Assembly: GCA_031422435.1 (NCBI GenBank)
Contig: JANPLU010000026.1
Span: 1 to 33,965, forward strand
Direction: 5' to 3'
DNA length: 33,965 nucleotides
Source of the DNA: Acaryochloridaceae cyanobacterium VAR_48_metabat_390
GTDB taxonomy: Bacteria > Cyanobacteriota > Cyanobacteriia > Thermosynechococcales > Thermosynechococcaceae
The position numbers and the translations under genes were made by a program. Shown here in pieces: positions 19,409 to 26,553 of this stretch. How positions within the stretch are numbered: position 1 is the first letter of the stretch; every line of letters begins with the position of its first letter. The notes beneath the pieces were generated by a model. It saw only the letters and a list, made by a program, of their open reading frames with translations. It was not told where the DNA came from and searched no databases.

Positions 19409-20110
19409 ATGTCTCTCAACCCAGCCCTTGGCAAGAATAATGAGGCTGACCTCAGTACAAAGCCCATTCGTGTCTTAATTGTGGATAATCATGGGTTGGT
19501 CAGGGCTGGATTTCGAGCCTTGCTTCAGTCCCTGCCAGAGATAGAGGTGATTGCTGAAGCCGGAGATGGACGCGAAGCGCTCCGATTGGTCGCCCTGCAT
19601 CAACCCGATATTGTCCTTATGGATATCGCCATGCCAGAAATGAATGGACTAGAGGCGACCACCCAGATTACAAAAGAATTCCCTGCGGTGCGCGTCATTA
19701 TTTTATCAATGCACGCTATTGAGGAATACGTTAACCAGGCATTACGCGCTGGCGCAGTGGGCTATTTGCTCAAGGATGGCGGCACCAGTGAGCTGGAGCT
19801 GGCAATACGGGCGATCGCCCAAGGGGAAACCTACCTTAGCCCTGCAATTTCTAAGCACGTCATTACGGACTACATCCGTCGCGTTAGCACAGAACCTAAC
19901 CCCTTAGAACAGCTAACGGCTCGGCAGCGAGAGATTCTGAAGCTCATCGCGGAAGGGAAAAGCACTAAAGATATTGCGGAAACGTTATCCATCAGCGCTA
20001 AAACCGTCGAAACCCATCGAAAACAGCTCATGGATAGGCTGAATATCCATGATGTTGCAGGGCTGGTGCACTATGCCATTCGCTTTGGCATAGTGCTGCT
20101 CGAAGAATAG
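19409..20110 (+). CDS. NarL/FixJ family DNA-binding response regulator (probable partner of the HisKA_3 kinase)
   Basis: LMDIAMPEMNG phospho-Asp, GYLLKD, LTARQREILKLIAEGKSTKDIA...KTVETHRKQLMDRL. Confidence 0.92.
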   Translation: MSLNPALGKNNEADLSTKPIRVLIVDNHGLVRAGFRALLQSLPEIEVIAEAGDGREALRLVALHQPDIVLMDIAMPEMNGLEATTQITKEFPAVRVIILSMHAIEEYVNQALRAGAVGYLLKDGGTSELELAIRAIAQGETYLSPAISKHVITDYIRRVSTEPNPLEQLTARQREILKLIAEGKSTKDIAETLSISAKTVETHRKQLMDRLNIHDVAGLVHYAIRFGIVLLEE

Positions 20111-20223
20111 CCCAGCTCTTAAATGAGAGAATTTCCATTTAATAAAATGTAGACAAGCTCACAAAATGTGGAAATTACCTACACGCGCCTCCAATTTTAT
20201 CGCTTCAATATCGGTATTTACGG

Positions 20224-20263
20224 TCAGGTGAAACCTGAGCTTAAAAATCAGGATTTACCTGAT
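20224..20263. promoter_or_regulatory. Two TCAGG-N5-CCTGA palindromes, putative NarL-type activator sites
   Basis: TCAGGtgaaaCCTGA (20224-20238) and ATCAGGatttaCCTGAT (20247-20263); centres 24 bp apart; second abuts the -35. Confidence 0.65.
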
Positions 20264-20291
20264 TGCTGATGCCAATTGCAAGGGTTAGATT
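20263..20291 (+). promoter_or_regulatory. Putative sigma70-type promoter of the pilus operon
   Basis: TTGCTG (20263-20268), 17-bp spacer, TAGATT (20286-20291); predicted +1 at A20298. Confidence 0.5.
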
Positions 20292-20491
20292 AGTCACATC
20301 AGAGAAAAGATAACCCGCTAAAGACAGTAATTGAAAAGCAAAAAAAGACAGCTCACTTAGTAATGAATCTAGTCTTTTGCCTTTAGCCTTCTACCTGATT
20401 TTCGGATTACATCTTACCCATCCAATGCAAGATTTAGCCTAGATTATAGGCATTAATCTAGCATTGTAAATCTTCAAAACAGAGGCTCATT

Positions 20492-21001
20492 ATGTCCTTC
20501 CAAACTATTCGTCGCACAGTCATCGCTTCTGGTATTGCCCTTGGTGCTGTTGCCGCTGCTTTTTCTCCTGCTGCCTTTGCTGCGACTGATAATGATACAC
20601 AATCAGGCTCAATTGCCCCTATTGAGTCCGTTAACTATACACCCGCGGGTGTGTTAACCATTGTTCCCAATACACTCCAAGCCGATACAAACTTTGGTTC
20701 GGTCAACGTGCAGTCAAACGCTAACGGAGGCTGGACTCTGGAAGTAGCATCAACCAACGGCAGCATCTTACAAAATGGAAGTATTGCCGATATTGCCTAC
20801 ACATTGAAAGTAGCTGGAAACACTGTTGATGTCAGTGCAGCCGGAACTCCTGATATAGCCAAAGACGTGTCAGTTCTTACGGCTGCGGCAACTGGAGGCG
20901 CTAATTACGCTGTTTTAGGCTCGATCGCCGCTGCCGACTCTAATGGTAAGCCTCATGGTACTTATTCAGATACGCTCACCTTTACGTTGACCAATAAGTA
21001 G
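20492..21001 (+). CDS. Chaperone-usher pilin, probable major subunit (SCPU/Csu-like Ig fold)
   Basis: Sec signal ending AAFA; beta-rich mature domain; C-terminal KPHGTYSDTLTFTL strand typical of CU subunits; AGAGG RBS; first gene upstream of chaperone and usher. Confidence 0.8.
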   Translation: MSFQTIRRTVIASGIALGAVAAAFSPAAFAATDNDTQSGSIAPIESVNYTPAGVLTIVPNTLQADTNFGSVNVQSNANGGWTLEVASTNGSILQNGSIADIAYTLKVAGNTVDVSAAGTPDIAKDVSVLTAAATGGANYAVLGSIAAADSNGKPHGTYSDTLTFTLTNK

Positions 21002-21009
21002 TCCGACCA

Positions 21010-21059
21010 GGGGTTGTGACATATTTTTAAGCACAAGCCAAAATGACTGTTACAACCCC
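21010..21059 (+). terminator. Stem-loop right after the major pilin gene (partial terminator or mRNA stabiliser)
   Basis: GGGGTTGTGACA (21010-21021) / TGTTACAACCCC (21048-21059), 12 bp with one G-U; no U-tract. Confidence 0.5.
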
Positions 21060-21169
21060 AATGCAACTGCAGTCTCTCCATAGCGTAGCACTACACCTAA
21101 TTTAAAACTGCTACAGATTAAGTGTAGGTTTAACCCATTTTAGTTGCAGCAAATGAGAGAAATAACATC

Positions 21170-21631
21170 ATGAAAACAGGCATTTCTGTAAAGTGGATGT
21201 TGCTGATTCTCTTAGGGCTAAACCTGCTAGAGACTCAACCCGTCACTGCCACAGAATTGGTCAACTATACGCCTGGTCCTCCCTTTACTTTTAATGCCGT
21301 TGGGGGTAACTCTAACCAAGATTTTGGGACAGTCAATATTCAGTCTGACAACTCGAGTGGATGGGTACTTAAGGTGCGCTCTCTTAACCACAGTGCCCTA
21401 AAGCATTCGAGCAGCAGCTACACCGTCAACTACATGCTGACCGTGGATGGAAGCAGCGCAGATCTTTCCGGCAGCAATGATTTCACCGTCAAAACAGCTA
21501 ACACTCCTACCTGCAATCAGCCCAGTGGCTGTAATTTTTCAGTTCAGGGCACCATAAGTGAAGGAGCAAGCGAAGGCAAACCAGCCGGAGCCTACACGGA
21601 TACCCTGATTTTTACCCTGACTACTCCATAA
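21170..21631 (+). CDS. Second chaperone-usher pilin paralog, probable minor/tip subunit
   Basis: Signal peptide ending PVTA; shares VNYTP, FGxVNxQS, GWxLxVxSxN, YxLxVxG, KPxGxYxDTLxFTLT with the first pilin. Confidence 0.78.
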   Translation: MKTGISVKWMLLILLGLNLLETQPVTATELVNYTPGPPFTFNAVGGNSNQDFGTVNIQSDNSSGWVLKVRSLNHSALKHSSSSYTVNYMLTVDGSSADLSGSNDFTVKTANTPTCNQPSGCNFSVQGTISEGASEGKPAGAYTDTLIFTLTTP

Positions 21632-21725
21632 ATCAATCCATAGCGCCAGCCGTATGCACATCTCTGCATTTTTAAGATGCGACAGACTGGCGTTTTCATA
21701 CCCCTTACGCCCACGGAGAATTTTG

Positions 21726-22520
21726 ATGATGGGGAACCTATTGCTATCTAAATTGACCCTACCCCTTGTCCCTCTTACCCTAGGGCTAAGTCTGCTGGGC
21801 ACCCACGCGGCATTTGCGGGTGCAGCCTTCAAGATATCCCCGCCCAGTATGGTTTTTACCCCCGCTGGGTCAGGAGCCACCCGCTCATTTCGCGTTGACA
21901 GCACAGGCGATCAGCCCGTAGCCGTCGAAATTCGTATGGCAAAACGACAGGTCAGCCAAGATGGCACAGAAACGCAGCCCAGCGCCGACGCAGACTTTAT
22001 CGTGTATCCGCCGCAGATACTCTTAAAACCAGGGCAATCCCAGACCGTACGAGTCACCTGGCTCGGAGACCCCAACCCTTCTTCAGAATTGGCTTACCGC
22101 ATCATTGCGGAGCAGTTGCCCATTAACTTACCTGAAATACAGCAAAATCAGGGAGGTTTGGCCGTGAAGGTCAAAGCCCTCTTTCGCTACGTTGGCTCTA
22201 TCTTTATTACCCCCAAAAATGTAGCGCCCAAAGTGGTGATAGAGCAGGCCAATTGCCAACTAGAGCCAGGGAAAGCTAAGCAGTTAAAGCTAACCTTTGC
22301 CAATCAAGGCACCGCCCATACCTACCTCAGTGGCCTAAAACTGAACCTATCCTCCGCCAGTCAGCAGGGTAAAGCGGTCAATCTTTTACCCACTCAGCTC
22401 GTGGGCATCAATGGCGAAAATCTACTTGCCGGAACCAAGCGCCAGTTTACCCTGGCTTGCCCCACTAATTTTCCGGTCGGCCCCATCTCCGCCACCTTTG
22501 AGGTTGATGCAACCCAGTAA
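21726..22520 (+). CDS. Periplasmic pilus assembly chaperone (PapD/CsuC-like)
   Basis: Signal peptide ...HAAFA; FIVYPPQILLKPGQSQTVRV and ELAYRIIAEQLP PapD-N motifs; ANQGTAH, ENLLAG in C-domain; GGAG RBS 7 nt before ATG 21726. Confidence 0.88.
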   Translation: MMGNLLLSKLTLPLVPLTLGLSLLGTHAAFAGAAFKISPPSMVFTPAGSGATRSFRVDSTGDQPVAVEIRMAKRQVSQDGTETQPSADADFIVYPPQILLKPGQSQTVRVTWLGDPNPSSELAYRIIAEQLPINLPEIQQNQGGLAVKVKALFRYVGSIFITPKNVAPKVVIEQANCQLEPGKAKQLKLTFANQGTAHTYLSGLKLNLSSASQQGKAVNLLPTQLVGINGENLLAGTKRQFTLACPTNFPVGPISATFEVDATQ

Positions 22521-22546
22521 ACACTCCTCTAATGCTTTAAGATTCC

Positions 22547-25213
22547 ATGTTCCTTGTCCCTGCCCCCCTTTTCTTTGGGCAGACTCCTCCGTCAGCCATC
22601 CTCTCCGGCGTTTTGCCCCGTAGCGTCACTCCACCGAGTCTCACCCCACCACCCGCTGCCAATTCTAGCCCCGCGCTTTTATCCCCTGCGCCCATAGTCT
22701 CTACTCCACAGACACCTGCTCAGCCAGTTCCTGTCGCTCAGGCACCACCCGCCGCGCCGCCGCCAACGCAAAAATCCCCAGCCGCGTCGCCCACTGAAGA
22801 CGAACTGTTTGAGCAGGTTTTCAACCGCCCACGGGTACCCAAGGGTATCCAGCGGCTACCCATTTCATTTTTTATCAATGGCGAAGAACAGGGGCAACTG
22901 CTGGTACTCCTAACGCCAGGGGGCACACCAGCCGTCCGGCTCCAAGCCGACCCATTTTTAAAGAAAACGGCGACCCTTATTCGCCCCGACCTTCAGGCAA
23001 AGCTCCAGTCTGCCATTGATTCAGACGGCAATCTTTCCCTAGAAGTGCTTCGTGAAAACGCGCTCGAAGCCATTTTTGATGAGCGTCGTCTAGAACTCCA
23101 AATCCAGGTGTCCCCTGCCCAACGGGCGACTAATTTGGTGGGTGGTCAGCTCGGCAAACTTCCGCCAGAAGCCCAAAATGCCCTACCCCCTAGCCCAGTC
23201 AGCGGCTATCTCAACTTGCGAGGTGGGCAAGAGGTAATCTGGTCTGGCACCGGCACTCAGTTGGGGCGACAGCCTCTACGGCTTGACCTAGAAGGCGCGC
23301 TCAATATTAAAAATTGGGTTTTAGAAGGATCCGCCAACTTTGTCGAAAACGGTCAGACTGAGTGGCAGCGAGGCGATCTGCGCTTGGTACATGACGATCC
23401 AAAACGCGCGATTCGCTATTTGGTGGGCGATCTGGCAATTCCGATTACGGGGTATCAAACCAGTCGCCCTATGGTGGGCATTACCGTAGCCCGCAATTTT
23501 GCGCTGCAGCCCTACCGCGTCACTCGCCCCATTAGCGAATTCCAATTTTTGCTAGAGCAGCCCTCTAAGGTAGAGGTCTATAGTAACGGACAGCTTGTGC
23601 AGACCCTACAGCTTCCGGCGGGTCCCCAAGATATCCGCAATTTGCCCTTGGTGACGGGATTCAACAGTGTCCAGCTCATCATTACCGATCCGGTCGGTCG
23701 CGTTCAGCGCTTAGACTTTTCTACCTCGGTGGCAGATAGCTTACTAGCTCCAGGGGTTCAGCAGTTTGCCTATAGCTTGGGGTTTCCTACCACCATCGAA
23801 AAAGGGGTCTATGACTATGATTGGAAAGACCCAATTTTAACCTTCTCCCATCGCTGGGGCGGCACCCCGACCTTAACCCTAGGGGGCTACTTTCAGGGCA
23901 GTTTTCAGCAGCAGGTCGCCGGAATTGAAGGGGTCTGGGCGACACCCCTCGGCAACTTTGGGTGGGATGTAGCGGCAAGCCATGCCAATCTGGCGGGTGC
24001 GGACGCTGCAATGCGGCTCCGCTACGACTACACCCAGTTTGGCGCTGCCAACCCACTCCAGCGAAGGCTTGGTCTGGCGCTAGAGTACCGAGGGCCGCAG
24101 TTTACAACCCTGTCCACCTTAGAACCTCATAACGACACAAGCTGGGATCTGTCTGGGTACTACAGCCAAAATTTGTTCTGGGGCATCAATGGTCGGCTCA
24201 ATCTTCGCTACCAGGTGGGGCGGGGTACCGCCGATGCTTACCAAGTTGGTCTAGGGTTGTCTAAATCTTTTGGCAATGGGTTGGGCGTAGGTCTAACGCT
24301 CAGCCAAACCTTAGACATGACGGGGCAAAGCGAAACCCGCGCCTTCCTCAATCTTTCTTGGATTTTGCCCAAACAACGGCAGTCTTTTCAGGCCAGCACC
24401 GATATTCGCAGTACTCAGCCCCCCGTCAGCAATCTAACCTGGAACTATAATTCGCCGCAAACTATACAGGGTATTAATGCCTCTGTTAAGTTGGCAGCAG
24501 ATGGCGAAACCTTCGGCATTACGGGCGATCTGGCCTATACGGGCTATCGTGCCAAGTTAGATTTATTCCAGGGCGCTTTGTTCGATCAAAACCAGAATGG
24601 GAAAAATACCTATGCAACTCGCCTCACTTTTGGGACGGCGATCGCCTTTGCCGGGGGACGATTCGGTTGGTCCCGTCCCATTACGGGGAGCTTTGCGCTC
24701 GTGGCTCGAAAGGCTGCGTTAAAAGGCCGAAGGATAGGCATTACGCCGGGTTCCGGCAGCTATATTGCCCGTGCCGATGCGCTAGGGCCAGCCGTGGTGC
24801 CCGATCTACAGCCCTATCGAGTCTCTACCGTCCAACTGGATGCTCCTGAATTACCGCTGGGGTATGACTTGGGGCAAGATCGTCATCATTTGCTGCCCAC
24901 CTACAAGAGTGGCACGCTGATTGTGGTGGGCACGGAGGCAACGGTCTTTGTTCGAGGAACCTTGCTTAATCCAGATGGTCAACCCGTTTCACTCCAGGCC
25001 GGAGAAGTACGCTCCATTTCTGATCCTGCTTGGCAACCTGCCAGACTATTCACCAATCGCGTCGGTCGATTTGCACTCTCTGGATTAACGCCCGGTCGCT
25101 ATGAGCTGAAGCTGTATGAAAATCCAAAAGCGGTCATTTTCTTTGAAATACCCCCCAAGACAACAGGTGTTGTTGACTTAGGGATACTGCGATCGCCAGT
25201 TCCCCTTCGATAA
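22547..25213 (+). CDS. Outer-membrane fimbrial usher (PapC/FimD/CsuD-like)
   Basis: 888 aa; WQRGDLRLVHDD, plug region PSKVEVYSNG...LPAGP, GFNSVQLIITDPVGR, SRPITGSFALV, PTYKSG, FTNRVGRF...GLTPGRY. Confidence 0.9.
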   Translation: MFLVPAPLFFGQTPPSAILSGVLPRSVTPPSLTPPPAANSSPALLSPAPIVSTPQTPAQPVPVAQAPPAAPPPTQKSPAASPTEDELFEQVFNRPRVPKGIQRLPISFFINGEEQGQLLVLLTPGGTPAVRLQADPFLKKTATLIRPDLQAKLQSAIDSDGNLSLEVLRENALEAIFDERRLELQIQVSPAQRATNLVGGQLGKLPPEAQNALPPSPVSGYLNLRGGQEVIWSGTGTQLGRQPLRLDLEGALNIKNWVLEGSANFVENGQTEWQRGDLRLVHDDPKRAIRYLVGDLAIPITGYQTSRPMVGITVARNFALQPYRVTRPISEFQFLLEQPSKVEVYSNGQLVQTLQLPAGPQDIRNLPLVTGFNSVQLIITDPVGRVQRLDFSTSVADSLLAPGVQQFAYSLGFPTTIEKGVYDYDWKDPILTFSHRWGGTPTLTLGGYFQGSFQQQVAGIEGVWATPLGNFGWDVAASHANLAGADAAMRLRYDYTQFGAANPLQRRLGLALEYRGPQFTTLSTLEPHNDTSWDLSGYYSQNLFWGINGRLNLRYQVGRGTADAYQVGLGLSKSFGNGLGVGLTLSQTLDMTGQSETRAFLNLSWILPKQRQSFQASTDIRSTQPPVSNLTWNYNSPQTIQGINASVKLAADGETFGITGDLAYTGYRAKLDLFQGALFDQNQNGKNTYATRLTFGTAIAFAGGRFGWSRPITGSFALVARKAALKGRRIGITPGSGSYIARADALGPAVVPDLQPYRVSTVQLDAPELPLGYDLGQDRHHLLPTYKSGTLIVVGTEATVFVRGTLLNPDGQPVSLQAGEVRSISDPAWQPARLFTNRVGRFALSGLTPGRYELKLYENPKAVIFFEIPPKTTGVVDLGILRSPVPLR

Positions 25214-25260
25214 GCAAAAGCCCATCGTTAAGAAGCAGACCCAGCGTCGTCTGTAGGGTA

Positions 25261-26487
25261 TTAGGGTGAATTTTTAAGGAGATGCCAGCATTCCTGGGCG
25301 ATCGCCCAGTCCTCCTGAGTATGAATGGCAAACACCCTTACCGCTGACTCACGAGCGGCAATGTCAATATCGACGGGATGATTCTCATTCTTAATGGGGT
25401 CTAGCTGTAGTCCTAAAAATCCAAATCCTTCACAGGCCGCCGCCCGAATCAGCGCAGAGTTTTCCCCTAATCCGGCGGTAAAAATGAGCGCATCTAAACG
25501 ACCTAAACTCGTCAGCATTGCGCCGATAGAAGCGCGCAAACGGTGGACAAACATATTTAGCGCTAGCTGAGCCTGAGTATTCCCCGCCGCTGCGTCTGCT
25601 GTAATGTGTCGCATATCGGCAGATAAGCCAGAAATGCCCTTTAAGCCAGATTGTTTATTTAAGATCTGCTCAAGCTGGTCAGCACTATAGCCTTCCTGTC
25701 TTAGCAAATAAATTAAAATCCCCGGATCGACCGAACCCGATCGCGTCCCCATCATTAAACCCTCTAAGGGCGTAAACCCCATCGTGGTATCCACGCTGTG
25801 ACCATCGCGGATGGCAGACAGAGAACAGCCGTTGCCGAGGTGACAAACAATGAGGCGCAAGTCTTCGAGGGGGGTGCCCATGAGCTGAGCGGTGCGCTGG
25901 GCGCAGTATTGATGGCTAATGCCGTGAAAGCCATAGCGCCGGATGCCCTGCTCAAACCAGGCGTAAGGGCCAGGATAAACGGCGGCGGCGAGGGGAAGTC
26001 GAGTGTGAAAGGCCGTATCAAATACGGCGATCTGACGGACATCCCCGAGCGCCCTCTCGATAGATTCGATGCCTGCTAGGTTGATAGGATTGTGGAGCGG
26101 TGCAAAGCTGGCGAGATCGGCGATCGCCGCTTTCACTTCAGCCGTTACAAAGGTGCTTTCCTGATACTGCTGCCCACCATGCACCACGCGATGCCCCACA
26201 ACATCAATTTCTGAAAGGTCGTGAAGAACCTGGGTTTTTCCTTGCCACAGGGTATTGAGAACGTAAGCCGTGACCTCTGACTGCACTTGAGTCGAGATTT
26301 CTTCCTCCAGGACAGCGCCCTGTGCCGTCTTAATTTTGACTTCGGCAATCCCTTGGTGATGCGTCCAGTCCACAACGCTTTCCCAGAGCGCTTGAGGGGA
26401 GGTATTCGGTAGCGCTGTATCCTCCGGAACGTCATAAACGCAGCTTTTTTGGCTACTGGATCCGGCATTGAGGACTAAAATTTTCAT
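25261..26487 (-). CDS. ackA: Acetate kinase
   Basis: MKILVLNAGSSSQK, GHRVVHGG, APLHNP, RRYGFHGISH, HLGNG, DTTMGFTPLEG; start ATG 26487. Confidence 0.95.
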   Translation of the reverse strand: MKILVLNAGSSSQKSCVYDVPEDTALPNTSPQALWESVVDWTHHQGIAEVKIKTAQGAVLEEEISTQVQSEVTAYVLNTLWQGKTQVLHDLSEIDVVGHRVVHGGQQYQESTFVTAEVKAAIADLASFAPLHNPINLAGIESIERALGDVRQIAVFDTAFHTRLPLAAAVYPGPYAWFEQGIRRYGFHGISHQYCAQRTAQLMGTPLEDLRLIVCHLGNGCSLSAIRDGHSVDTTMGFTPLEGLMMGTRSGSVDPGILIYLLRQEGYSADQLEQILNKQSGLKGISGLSADMRHITADAAAGNTQAQLALNMFVHRLRASIGAMLTSLGRLDALIFTAGLGENSALIRAAACEGFGFLGLQLDPIKNENHPVDIDIAARESAVRVFAIHTQEDWAIAQECWHLLKNSP

Positions 26488-26553
26488 GCTGCTAAGTTCA
26501 AAACGATGGCGCTGCTGAGGCAAAACGGTGTCTTGCCCCAGCAGCGGAGTTTT

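Noticed and set aside
20492..20581. Twin Arg (TIRRTVI) in the pilin signal as a Tat motif
   Set aside because: Lacks the S/T-R-R-x-F-L-K consensus, and CU subunits are exported unfolded through Sec
20492..21631. Small secreted proteins as type IV pilins
   Set aside because: No G/FTLxE prepilin motif; they have signal peptidase I sites and CU-type C-terminal strands
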